Shown here: positions 11,726-23,040 of the stretch, in pieces
Numbering within the stretch: the stretch's first letter is position 1
Layout of the letters: each line of letters begins with the position of its first letter
Origin: Leucoraja erinacea
Lineage: Eukaryota
Direction: 5' to 3'
Length of the DNA: 41,088 bases
Assembly: GCF_028641065.1 (NCBI RefSeq)
Contig: NC_073390.1
Coordinates: 54,892,913 to 54,934,000, forward strand
Position numbers and translations under genes: made by a program
Notes under the pieces: generated by a model
What the model saw: the letters and a program-made list of their open reading frames with translations, nothing else
What the model was told of the DNA's origin: nothing
Database searches by the model: none

Positions 11726-13035
11726 TTATTCCTTGTGTTGTGCGGGTGTCCACAATAATGGAGTAGCTGCCACTTCCTCCTGTTCATTCTGGTTGGGTGG
11801 CAGAATTGAGGGCTCACAGTGCAATGGTGAGGCTACAAATACAATCTTTGGAAGTTTGTTCTGTTAAAAGAATCGGCGTCGAAACACATACTTTGTTTAT
11901 CTGCGTTCATCCATCTGTTTTCAGTTTAAATTATTAATCTCATTATCAGTCAGGTATAAAGCTTTCTGATTGATTCAATTACTTTATCAGGTCCTGTCAC
12001 GTAGCAGGGTTTAAGAAAATTTAATAAAATATTCCAACCATGATAATAAAATGAATATAATTACGTCATTGTACATATTATTTCACATGTCAGCTTTAAC
12101 TAAGAATTAATGAAGAGTTTTTATTTACTTCAGTTTCACAAATATGAAAGATTGGTTACAATGTTCATTTAAGCTGTGGCCCAGTTCTCTTTCCATGATT
12201 GTTTTGACTGGAGAGGTGAAGAATGTTTCTGTGAACCTGATCTTACTGTGCAGAAGAATACTAGCGATACAAAGTTAAAAAGGTTTACACTTATACAACA
12301 TTGTTTATGACAATCTCGGTTGAATATTAAGATACCTATTGAATTATGATCACTGTTAATGGTAGAGGGATTAGGATAATTAGGAAGGGGATTGCAGTAT
12401 TTAAGGTCCAGGCAATATAAGCAATGATGAAATCATCACTGCATGAGCATTGAAGGCGTGTGGGCATCTCTAAACGTTGTAGATTCCAGGTTGTGGGTTG
12501 AGGGGGGGAGGTTACAAAAAGTGGACAAGATCAGGAATCACAGCAATGCTTAATTGCAATGTACCTACCTAATTGAGGTGTGGTCAGTGCAAGTTTGGGC
12601 ATAGGCAGTCGAGCTTCATTGACTACCTGTTTACAGCATGCACTAGAATAGTGAAATCTAGGCATCACAAAGACACAGATAACTAAAGAGGCAGAACTGT
12701 GTCACTATAACCACAATGAAAATAGGTGGCCTGTCTGAGGGCACAGATATCAAATCTGAAGCTCAATTCAAGTCAGGTAAGGCAGTATGGCTGCAAATGG
12801 TCATGTTCAGAACATGTCAGAGTGAAACTTGGATACAGCAGGAAGCAATGTTTGTGCTGGCTTGAGGGTGGTTGCTTCAGTTTTTCAACGGTGAATGAAT
12901 AATCAGATGGTAAAGTCAGGCACAAAGTCCAAAAGTGTAAATGTCAGGGGAAGGTTTGGAGGAATGTTAGTAAGGTAAAGCTGAGTGCCATGGGAATAAG
13001 GTTGCATTTGGTGCCATGTTCTTTGTGTAATGTAT

Positions 13036-13497
13036 TTAGTCATATCTATGCCATGTTGGGATTGCAGTTTGCCTTGGACTAATGCCTTTGGCACAGACAT
13101 CAAACCACGACTCGGGTCTTTGTGCCTGGCATATGGGAGTCAGCTCGAGACAGGCAAAGCAAAATTCAACATGACACCTACAACAGATAATATTTTTACA
13201 TCCCCTCTGGTTGTGTTCAAGCAGCTTGCCACACGTCGGACAGGCTCGAATAGAAGGGCAATTCTTCACCACAGTCTCTACGAGGCTGACTAATGGACAG
13301 GTGCGGAGGATTTCCAATTCCATGTTGGTGCAGCCATCGTTGTTGCATCGATCAGAACGTGGACCCGGTCCCTTCCACTGTTTCAGGCACTGCCAGCAGA
13401 ACTCATAAACATGGCCTTTCTCTGCTGTACAGATGGTGCAGCGGACATTCAGGTTACTCAGATCTGTGCGTTCAACAAATGTTTGACAGCCAGGACA
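13036..13497 (-). CDS. RBR-type E3 ubiquitin ligase paralog B, exon 4 (IBR + RING2); gene join complement(13036-13497, 15302-15475, 19258-19355, 22176-22242), 266 aa
   Basis: CPGCQTFVERTDLSNLNVRCTIC...FCWQCLKQWKG...CPTCGKLLEHNQRGCKNIICCRCHVEFCFAC...PTWHRYD*; CAG acceptor at 13500-13498. Confidence 0.93.
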   Translation of the reverse strand, partial: CPGCQTFVERTDLSNLNVRCTICTAEKGHVYEFCWQCLKQWKGPGPRSDRCNNDGCTNMELEILRTCPLVSLVETVVKNCPSIRACPTCGKLLEHNQRGCKNIICCRCHVEFCFACLELTPICQAQRPESWFDVCAKGISPRQTAIPTWHRYD

Positions 13498-13729
13498 CTG
13501 TTGATAACAGACCATAATAAACAATTTGCAAAGTAAATTATATCCCAGAGATAACCCTTTTTAAGAAGGGTACCGACCTGAAACATCACCTATCCATGTT
13601 CTCCAGAGAACCCACTGGTTCACCAGCTAATTCCTTGCATCTCCTAAACCCTTTTTAAGCATGCACCTAAACATGTGCTGCAATTGCTACAGACCACCAT
13701 ACCAATCTAGTCTAGTTTAGTTTAGCGAT

Positions 13730-14035
13730 AGAGAACAGAAACAGGCCCTTCGGCCCATGCCACCCATCAGTAATTCTGTAAATTACCCCTAGTGTGTAGA
13801 ATAGAATAGAACTAGTGTGTGGGTGATTTGGGGCACGATAGGAACAATTTATATTTTTTACCAAAGCCAATTAACCTACAAACCCGTACGTCTTTGCAGT
13901 GTGGGAGTGAACCGGAGCACCCAGGGAAAACCCACGCGGTCACGGGGAGAACGTGCAAACTCCACACAGACAGCACCCGCAGGATCATATCTGGGTCTCT
14001 AACGCTGTAAGTAGCAACTCTACCTCTGTGTCACC
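13730..14035 (-). mobile_element. V-SINE (HE1-like)
   Basis: Reverse complement of the SINE seen at 32065-32368. Confidence 0.8.
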
Positions 14036-14108
14036 ATATAATTGTGATTAAGGAATGTAATACAGACACAACCATGGGAGTACAGAACAGTTATCCTTAT
14101 TTTCAGTA

Positions 14109-15258
14109 CAGGTGCACAACCTTTTATCCGAAGTTCCAGAAACCGAAAAGCTCCGAAAACCGGCCATTTTTTCCAGATGTCGTCTGCGCACCAAAGCTCG
14201 CGTTTGGCGCCAAACTTGACCCAAAACGACCCACGGTCAACCCAGGTCTGTACCAAAGATCCTCTAGGAGGTCTGTACTACTGTAGCGGCTGCCTCCTCC
14301 CTGGAGACCGGGAGACGCTTAAACATCTGTAAATCATTGCCTAAATGTTAGTTAGTTAGTTTGGAGGGCTTTTATGTGAAGGGGGGTGAAGGGGTAAACT
14401 TTAATTCTTAGTCCCCTACCTGGTCGGAGAGGCGGGGAGTGGTCAATGCCTTACCGGGTCGCTGTGCAGTAAGCTCCGCAGCGCTGTGGCCGGTGGGGCC
14501 GCGGGCGGCACCGGTTGTAGCTCCGACCCCGGCAACTCTACCCCTGGCTGCGAGGCGCTCCAAATCCAGCGCGGCCCGCGGCCGGACGCCCCAGCTCCGC
14601 GAATGTCGGGAGTCGGCGGCATCGCAGTGCTGGGATACCAGCGGGGAGCGGGCAATGCCTTACCGGGTCGCCGTGCGGCAAGCTCCGGAGCGCTGTGGCC
14701 GCCGACACACAACATCGCGGAGCGTCGCTGGATTTGGAGCCGCGGAGCTGGGGGCTCCGTCCGGCCGCGGGCGGCGCCGGTTGGAGCTCCGACCCCGGCA
14801 ACTCTACCCCTGGCTCTATCCCAGCACTGCGACGCCGCCGACTCCCGACATTCTCGGAGCTGGGACGTCCGGCCGCGGGCGGCGCTGGATTTGGAGCGCC
14901 TCGCAGTCAGTGGTAGAGTTGCCGGGGTCGGAGCTACAACCGGCGCCGCCCGCGGCCGGACGGAGCCCCCAGCTCCGCGAGGTTGGGAGTCGCCGACCAG
15001 GTAGGGGACTAAGAATTAAAGTTTCCCCCTTCACCCCTACTCCACCACCACCACATAAAATCCCTCCAAACTAACTGACTAACATTTATGCAATGATTCT
15101 CCCGGTCTCCGGGGGGGAGGCAGCTGCTCCAGACTTTTCAAGCCGCCCGCGCTACCTACCTAATCTACGCTAAAAATCTTCCATTCTGAAATCCGAAAAT
15201 GTCCGAAATCCGACAAGTGTCTGGTCCCAAGGCTTTCGGATAAAAGGTTGTGCACCTG
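14109..15258. mobile_element. Non-autonomous Tc1/mariner-pogo type MITE with internal fold-back
   Basis: 24-bp TIR CAGGTGCACAACCTTTTATCCGAA at both ends; TA duplications at 14107-14108 and 15259-15260; internal inverted arms ~14285-14605 / ~14868-15127; no transposase. Confidence 0.88.
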
Positions 15259-15301
15259 TAATGTACTGTCCGGAACTAATGTTTCTAATTGTTATACGTA
15301 C

Positions 15302-15475
15302 TGATTTATATTCACAATACTCAGCAGCAGCCAACACAGCGACTGTTTCCTCAAAATGTCGCTGCTCCTCACTGGTCAGCACTGCCAGTTGGCGAACTTC
15401 ATGGTAGGACCACTCCTGTCCACAGTTCTCTGTCGTTCCATTTTTCAGCGCTGGGCAGTAAAACTTGTACTGACC
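15302..15475 (-). CDS. RBR paralog B exon 3
   Basis: GQYKFYCPALKNGTTENCGQEWSYHEVRQLAVLTSEEQRHFEETVAVLAAAEYCEYKS; 174 nt, AG / GTACGT bounded. Confidence 0.92.
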
Positions 15476-15619
15476 CTGTAATTTCAAATTTGGTTAAAAC
15501 TCATTCATCAAACTTGCCTTCTCTCTCTGTAATGAGATGGGCAGAGGCAACATCTTCATGCAACCAAACTCAATAGACAATAGGTACAGGAGTAGGCCAT
15601 TCGGCCCATCCCGAGTAGC

Positions 15620-16150
15620 CTCTCTCAAAGTACTCTCTATGCCCACTTACCCTTCTCCCAACTTCCTGCTGTGGAGCTCATTTCTCACTGAGTCCCAAAG
15701 TCTTTACTGAGTGCTGAATTCACACAGTTTCCAACATTCTCACTGATCACCCTAATTTCATTCAATACCAACTCCATCCCTCAATGCATTAATTCTCTGC
15801 TCAACACCAAACTCCTCCCCCCCCCCCCCCCAAATATCAAACTCCCCCAGGGAGTGGCCAACTCCCTCATTCAATCCCCGTGGCATTAAGTAACTAAGTC
15901 CTCAACACCCATAATTAGTGCCTGATTCTCACAGATTTCTGCTCCATCAGTTAATTTCTCTGCTCTGTCACACAATGCTCAATTCTCACACAGTGCCCCA
16001 ACCCCTCACTGAATGGCCAGCTCACATTTAGTGCCCAATTCTCATTTGGAGCCCAACTTGCTCACTCAATGTCTAGTTCTGGCTCAATGACAATCTCCCT
16101 GCTTGAATGGTGAATTCTCTCAATGCCCAGCATTTAATACTGAATGGCCA
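15620..16150. repeat. Degenerate ~20-bp minisatellite-like tract (also ~20580-20715 and ~21190-21310)
   Basis: Recurrent variants of tgcccaactccctcactcaa. Confidence 0.5.
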
Positions 16151-17081
16151 GTCCAGTGCATGGAAGGTTCACTGGACTGGTTCCACATGAAGAGGGATTA
16201 AACAAACCAGCGTTATATTCACTTGACCTTAGAAGAATGAGCGAGGATTTAGTTTGCAACCAGGTTGGTTCACTTGTAGTTAAGCATGGGGAGGAAATGC
16301 TAATGATACTGTAAATGGTTTTATCCCAAGGATGAGTTTTTAAATGTTTATTAGAAACATAGAAACATAGAAAAATAGGTGCAGGAGTAAGTCATTTGGC
16401 CCATTGAGCTAGAACCGCCATTCAATATGATCATGGCTGATCATCTAAAATCAGTACCCCGTTCCTGCTTTTTCCCCATATCCCTTGATTTCATAAGCCC
16501 TAAGAGCTAAATCTAACTCCCTCTTGAAAACATCCAGTGAATTGGCTTCCACTGCCTTCTGTGGCAGAGAATTCCACAGATTCAAAACTCTCTGGGTGAA
16601 AAAGTGTTTCATCATCTCAGTCCTAAATGGCCCAGCCCTTATTCTTAAACGGTGACCCCTGGTTCAGAACTCCCCCAACATCGAGACCATTTTTCCTGCG
16701 TCTAGCCTGTCCAAACCTTTAAGAATTTTCTATAAGATCGCCTATCATCCTTTTAAATTCCAGTGAATTCAAGCCCATTCGACCCATTATGCCAGTCCTG
16801 CAATCCCGGGAATTAACCTGGTGAATCTACACTGCACTCCCTCACTAACAATAAAGTCCCTTCTCAAATTAGGAGACCAAAATTGCACGCAATACTCCAG
16901 GTGCAATTTCACCAGGGCCCTGTACAACTGCAGTAGGACCTCCTTGCTCCTAAACTATATTCTCTCGCAATGAACGCGACATGCCATTCACTTTCTTCAC
17001 TGCCTGCTGTACCTACATGCGTACTTTCAGTGACTGATGTGCAAGTACATCCAGATCTTGTTGCACTTCCCCGTTTCCTAA

Positions 17082-17900
17082 AGTGGCGGAAGTGTGGGCG
17101 CTGTTGAACGGATGCGGATCGCCTGCAGTCCGTCTGTCTTTACTTTTTTGTTGTTGTTTTTTTTGTCTTGTTTAGTTAAACTTTAGTTTATTAGGTTGTT
17201 TATGTGTTATGGGGGGGGGGGGGGGGGGGGGGGGGGCTTAAACATGGTTTTCTGTCTCTCCCTTCGGGGGAATGCGACTCTTCTGTTGTATCTCCCTTCT
17301 CTACCCCCGTCTGCTCTGAGGCCTAATGGCGGAGCTGGCGGCCTCCAACCTGCGACCGACCTCGAAGCTCTGGAGGCAGAGCCAGCCGGGACTCACCAAC
17401 GCGAGGCTGGCCGTCTTCGAGCTGAGGCGGCGTTCCAGCGGCGGCGACCTGAATCCGAGGCTCGGCCGCGGGCCAGTGGACAACATCGTCGGGAGCTCGC
17501 AGGTCACAGGCTGGTGCCTGTTTTCCGGAGCTCCCGCGGCAACAGCTGCGTCCACTGGACTGGAGGGCGGCAGCTTCGACCACCCCCGGGCCGCGGAGCT
17601 TGAACCGGCCCGTTCTCGGACCTCGGTGAGCCGCGGGACTGATTTACCATCGCCCGGTGGGGTAACAACATATCGCCTCAGCGCAGAGGGAGAATGAGGA
17701 GGGAAGAGACAGTAACTTTAAGACTTTTGCCTCCATCACAGTGAGGAGGTGCCTGGTGAACTCACTGTGGTGGATGTTAATTTGTGTTTATTGTGTGTTT
17801 TATTATTTATTATTATATGTATGGCTGCAGGCAACGACATTTCGTTCAGACCGAAAGGTCTGAATGACAAATAAAGGATCTAATCTAATCTAAATCTAAT
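17082..17900 (+). mobile_element. Non-autonomous GC-rich non-LTR retroelement with 3' stem-loop and (tctaa)n tail
   Basis: Same architecture and shared 5'/3' motifs as 36241-37097 and ~22730-23040(-). Confidence 0.65.
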
Positions 17901-17964
17901 CTGACACCATTCAGATTATAATCTTCCCACCAAAGTGGATAACCTTACATTTATCCACATTATA

Positions 17965-18782
17965 ATGTGGATAAATGTTTATCCACTTTGGTGGCAAAAA
18001 CAGGAAAGTAGATTATTATCTGAATGGTGGCCAATTAGGAAAGGGGGAGATGCAACGAGACCTGGGTGTCATGGTACACCAGTCATTGAAAGTAGGCATG
18101 CAGGTGCAGCAGGCAGTGAAGAAAGCGAATGGTATGTTAGCATTCATAGCAAAAGGATTTGAGTATAGGAGCAGGGAGGTTCCACTGCAGTTGTACAGGG
18201 TCTTGGTGAGACCACACCTGGAGTATTGCGTGCAGTTTTGGTCTCCTAATCTGAGGAAAGACATTCTTCCCATAGAGGGAGTACAGAGAAGGTTCACCAG
18301 TCTGATTCCTGGGATGTCAGGACTTTCATATGAAGAAAGACTGGATAGACTCGGTTTGTACTCGCTAGAATTTAGAAGATTGAGGGGGGATCTTATAGAA
18401 ACTTACAAAATTCTTAAGGGGTTGGACAGGCTAGATGCAGGAAGATTGTTCCCGATGTTGGGGAAGTCCAGAACAAGAGGTCACAGTTTAAGGATAAGGG
18501 GGAAATCTTTTAGGACTGAGATGAGGAAAACTTTTTTCACACAGAGAGTGGTGAATCTGTGGAATTCTCTGCCGCAGAAGGTAGTTGAGGCCAGTTCATT
18601 GGCTATATTTAAGAGGGAGTTAGATGTGGCCCTTGTGGCTAAAGGGATCAGGGGGTATGGAGAGAAGGCAGGTACAGGATACTGAGTTGGATGATCAGCC
18701 ATGATCATATTGAATGGCGGTGCAGGATTGAAGGGCTGAATGGCCTACTCCTGCAACTATTTTCTATGTTTCTATGTTTCTA
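17965..18782 (+). mobile_element. Young CR1 (HER1-like) LINE, 5'-truncated, ORF2 C-terminus open
   Basis: 236-aa ORF with LYRVLVRPHLEYCVQFWSP...RRLRGDLIETYK...FFTQRVVNLWNSLP; (tttctatg)n tail. Confidence 0.93.
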
Positions 18783-19257
18783 TTATACTGCACCTGCCAT
18801 GCATCTGCCCACTCACCCAACCTATCCAAGTCACCCTTCAGCCTCATAGCATCCTCCTCGCAGCTCACAATGCCACTCAGCTTTGTGTCATCAGCAAACG
18901 TGGAGATGTTACTTTTAATTTAATTCCCTCGTCTAAATCGTTAATATATATTGTAAATATCTGGGGTCCCAGCACCGAACCTTGCGGCACCCCACTAGTC
19001 ACTGCACAATTCTCTCCACAATTCCTGCAACTGAACCCAATGTAACAAATAAATGATGGCCAGGTACTTCCTTGGTGGGGTCACTAATGCGACCTTTCAC
19101 CTGACATTGGAGGAGGAGGGTGAATCGTTTGGAAACAGACTTTTCCTGACAAAATGTAAAATCAAACAATCAATGTTAATCAAGTAGCAGTGCAGCAGAA
19201 AGAGATATTTTTACACAGTTATGTGGCTCTATTAAATCAACAGAGCTCACTTCCTAC

Positions 19258-19355
19258 CCGATCCAGGAGACTGCGACACCACTGGGTCAGTGAGTTGGGG
19301 TCCACTGCATGCGTGCACGACATTTCAGCTCGCAAAATGTTGGGATCATCATCTC
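19258..19355 (-). CDS. RBR paralog B exon 2
   Basis: GDDDPNILRAEMSCTHAVDPNSLTQWCRSLLDR; 98 nt, CAG acceptor, GTAGGA donor. Confidence 0.92.
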
Positions 19356-19664
19356 CTGAAATTATAAGTTATACAGTCCTTTTAGTACAGTGCAAAATAA
19401 ATAACTAGTTGCCCAATACTTGTACTTAAGGTCCAGGTTAGGAAACAAAACATAATCCTTGGTCTGGAGTGTTAAGTACTGGAGTCAGATACTTAAATAA
19501 CCATCGAGAAACCATCAGGTAAAACCAACGTGCCTGTAATCATGGTTTCAGAGGGGGAAAGGAAGAGAGAATGCTCACACTACCACCAGGGCTTTTATAC
19601 TAAGCAAGCCCCCTTTGGTGGCTACCGGTATTACAATAGGTGTATGATATATCTTAAAGGGGCA

Positions 19665-20003
19665 TACATAGAAACATAGAAACATAGAAATTAGATGCAG
19701 GAGTAGGCCATTCGGCCCTTCGAGCCTGCACCGCCATTCAATATGATCATGGCTGATCATCCAACTCAGTATCCCGTACCTGCCTTCTCTCCATACCCCC
19801 TGATCCCCTTAGCCACAAGGGCCACATCTAACTCCCTCCGAAATATAGCCAATGAACTGGCCTCAACTACCCTCTGTGGCAGAGAGTTCCAGAGATTCAC
19901 CACTCTCTGCGTGAAAAAAGTTCTTCTCATCTCGGTTTTAAAGGATTTCCCCTTTATCCTTAAGCTGTGACCCCTTGTCCTGGACTTCCCCAACATCGGG
20001 AAC
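19665..20003 (-). mobile_element. Young CR1 LINE 3' fragment
   Basis: FPMLGKSRTRGHSLRIKG...GYGEKAGTGY; near-identical to the other young copies. Confidence 0.9.
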
Positions 20004-20109
20004 AATACACCACATGGAGGTTGTTAATGTTCTTGTTAATCAAAATTTTAAATTTGACATGAGGACCAAAGCCACAAATGGATTTTGTCTTTTCAATTTA
20101 GTTTGGCCG

Positions 20110-20520
20110 GTTAAGTCTATTCGGCCCTTCAATCATGGCTGGTCTATCTTTCTCTCTCAACCCCATTCTCCTGCCTTCTCCCCATGACCTTTGACACCAT
20201 TACTTATCAAGAATCTGTCAAACTCCGCTTTAAAAATACTAATTTACTTGGTCTCCGCAGCATCTATGGCAATGAACTCCACAGATTCACCACCCTGACT
20301 AAAGAAATTCCTGCTCATCTCCTGTCTATAGGCATGTCCTTTTATTCTGAGGCTGTGCCCTCTGATCCTAGACTCTCCCATTAGTGGAAACATCCTCTCC
20401 ACATCCACTCTAACCACGCCTTTCATTATTCGGTAAGTTTCTATGAGGTCCCCCTTTTCACCCTCCTAAACTCCAGCGAGCCCAGGCCCAAAGCCATCAA
20501 ATACTCATCATATGTTAACC
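20110..20520 (-). mobile_element. Older CR1 LINE fragment
   Basis: VDVERMFPLMGESRIRGHSLRIKG. Confidence 0.8.
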
Positions 20521-20715
20521 TCTGGGGTGGAATGTAGTGTTTGAGATAGTGTTAACAGAATTGGGTTTGAAAATCCTCCAGAAACTCTCCGCACTCACAG
20601 CTCACTTCTCACGGTGCCCAACTCCCGCACTCAATACCCAAATCTCACTCAATGCCAAACTCCATCTGTTGAATCTCTACTCCTCCACCTATCAGCAAAC
20701 ACCCTCACTCAATGA

Positions 20716-21190
20716 CCTGGGATGTCAGGACTGTATTATGAAGAAAGATTGGATAGACTTGGTTTATACTCTCTAGAATTTAGGAGATTGAGAGGGGATC
20801 TTATAGCAACTTACAAAATTCTTAAGGGGTTGGACAGGCTAGATGCAGGAAGATTGTTCCCGATGTTGGGGAAGTCCAGGACAAGGGGTCACAGCTTAAG
20901 GATAAGGGGGAAATCCTTTGAAACCGAGATGAGAAGAACTTTTTTCACACAGAGAGTGGTGAATCTCTGGAACTCTCTGCCACAGAGGGTAGTTGAGGCC
21001 AGTTCATTGGTTATATTTAAGAGGGAGTTAGATGTGGCCCTTGTGGCTAAGGGGATCAGGGGGTATGGAGAGAAGGCAAGTACGGGATACTGAGTTGGAT
21101 GATCAGCCATGATCATATTGAATGGCGGTGCAGGCTCGAAGGGCCAAATGGCCTACTCCTGCACCTAATTTCTATGTTTCTATGTTTCTA
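20716..21190 (+). mobile_element. Young CR1 LINE 3' fragment
   Basis: ORF 20722-21093 is a CR1 ORF2 C-terminus, followed by the tail. Confidence 0.9.
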
Positions 21191-21312
21191 AAATCCCCCA
21201 GGCACTGTCTAACTCCCTCACTCAATGCCTGGGGTTATTCAGTGCACAATTCCCACACCCAGTACTCACACTCAGCTCCCGGTCTCCCTGCTCTTTCACT
21301 CATTTTGAGTGA

Positions 21313-21540
21313 ACATAGAAACATAGAAATTAGGTGCAGGAGTAGGATATTCGGCCCAACGAACTGGCCTCAACTACCCTCTGTGCCAGATAATTCCACA
21401 GATTTCCCCTTATCCTTAAACTGTGACCCTTTGTTCTGGACTTCCCCAACATCAGGAACAATCTTCCTGCATCTAGCCTGTCCAACCCCTTAAGAATTTT
21501 GTAAGATTCTATAAGATCCCGCCTCAATCTTCTAAATTCT
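21313..21540 (-). mobile_element. Internally deleted CR1 3' fragment
   Basis: EFRRLRRDLIESYKILKG... joined with deletions to the tail. Confidence 0.8.
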
Positions 21541-22175
21541 GGAAACCAGGAATGAAAGGCCAATGTTTTGAACATCCCTCTGTAGAGTTTGGACCAACGA
21601 CACATTATCTGCGCACGTTTTTTTTTACTTTAATCAATGTTTGTGTATTCGTTGTAAAAAGTATCACAGATGAGAATAAAGCCAGCAAGTGGGTCAGTTT
21701 GATTGTCTAAGTGTCGGGTCTTAACTCACTTCAGGTGAAGCCGGTCCCAGTGGAGCAGCTCACTTTTCCCCACTCCTGCAACCAGAGCCTCCAGAAATGA
21801 AACCTGTTTCTCCCACGTCTCTCCCCCCCGAGGCTGGGATCTTGTTCAGGGATCACTACATATTTAGCACTGCTTCTTTGAAACTTTAGCCCGTGAGAAA
21901 AGTATGAATTCCCCATGTACACCATCCCCTGTCATTGCTACATTCACTTTCACTTTTACATTCATTATGTATACGGCTAAACTATACTTAGTCATGTTAC
22001 ACGTTTTAAAACTCAACTCCAAATCTTAGCCTAGCAATAAACAAAATGTATCATGTATCATCTATAAATCTGTTTATTCCAGTTAAAAAATAAAGGTCAC
22101 GATTTAAGTCCTGCAGTAAATCCAGCAGTTGGTTCAACACCTCAAAATACCTCCTGTAATAACATTTTGACTTAC

Positions 22176-22242
22176 CTGTGATTTCATCTTTACTTTTCAC
22201 AAATTTCAGAGTGCGATCTTTGGGGTCGTAGCGTTTCTCCAT
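22176..22242 (-). CDS. RBR paralog B coding exon 1
   Basis: MEKRYDPKDRTLKFVKSKDEIT(G); phase-1 GTAAGT donor; aligns with RBR-A exon 1. Confidence 0.9.
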
Positions 22243-22317
22243 TTGTCCTGGTACAGTTGACGACTTCCCAGCTGTAATGTGTGGACGTTCTGCTCGTTGA
22301 CAAGAGGAAACTTGACA

Positions 22318-22327
22318 GGAAAGTCCC
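22318..22327 (-). promoter_or_regulatory. NF-kB site upstream of RBR-B
   Basis: GGGACTTTCC (canonical Ig-kappa site), 76 bp before ATG 22242, in non-repeat sequence. Confidence 0.6.
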
Positions 22328-22729
22328 TTCAACAGTGGCTGAAGATAACAAACTCGACAGCCGATCACATGATATGTGTTTTGCAGCACTGTAGCATTTG
22401 CAGCATTTGCAGCCAATAGGTCTACAGGGTGTAAAACACACCCCAACTCCTCTTGTGCAGGAAACTGTTGTCAGCACATTAACACATTATTTCCTGCATA
22501 GTCATTTTTACAGCTAACTCTTCACACAGATGTTCAGGATCAGACTATGATATTTAATTTATGAACTCTAAGGAGCGTGGTGACACTGGCCACATGCACT
22601 TATTTGGCTCAACATTGTGAATGTGCTTTAATGGATGTGGCTCGAGCACCCAAAAGATGTTAGCAGGAATTTTCAGACCCTGTGATTGTAAGACATGATA
22701 ACGCATGCCAATGTTGAAACATGTACAAC

Positions 22730-23040
22730 TAGAATACAATACAATATACAACACAATATTTATTCATTGTCATTAGATCCTCAGCGAGGCTCAAACGAAA
22801 CTCTGTTTCTCCAGCCATACAAACAAAACAATTCCTACAAGACACACAAACAATTCAATTTACACAGACACCCATCACAGTGAATCTGCTCCTCACTGTG
22901 ATGGAAGGCAAAGTCTTTTCTCTCCCCTGCACCATTTCTCTCCCGATGTCGAAGCCCCAGGCGGGCGATGGAAAGTCCCACGGCCATTAAGGACACGCCG
23001 GGCGATGTACTGCCCCACTCCGGGCCCAAAAGTCACAAAG
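22730..23040 (-). mobile_element. 3' fragment of the stem-loop-tailed non-autonomous retroelement family
   Basis: Minus strand reads ttttgccttccatcacagtgaggag...gtatggctg...tttcgttt...tgacaa, then a (tattg)n tail; shared with 17082-17900. Confidence 0.65.

Larger units (their letters stand above)
16352..19005 (-). mobile_element. Older CR1 LINE copy split by two insertions (pieces ~16352-17081, ~17898-17964, ~18782-19005)
   Basis: Antisense CR1 sequence resumes colinearly after each insertion. Confidence 0.8.

Noticed and set aside
12422-12432. ATGATGA C-box-like motif
   Set aside because: No nearby D box or terminal stem; lies in the RBR-B 3' region, so no snoRNA call.
14439-15074. 211-aa and overlapping ORFs
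   Set aside because: By-products of the GC-rich palindromic MITE; no transposase or other domain motifs.
17211-17236. Long G/C homopolymers (also ~15817-15831 and ~32655-32676)
   Set aside because: Repeat-associated simple runs of uncertain length; relevant only as a caution about homopolymer accuracy.
17975-18685. 236-aa ORF, the longest in the window
   Set aside because: 5'-truncated CR1 ORF2 C-terminus, not a cellular gene.
13036-22242. Calling the RBRs ARIH1, RNF19, RNF144 or Parkin
   Set aside because: No Ariadne, transmembrane, UBL or RING0 regions, and RING1 is atypical; orthology cannot be supported.
22970-22979. Second GGAAAGTCCC NF-kB match upstream of RBR-B
   Set aside because: It lies inside a retroelement fragment; no evidence of exaptation from sequence alone.
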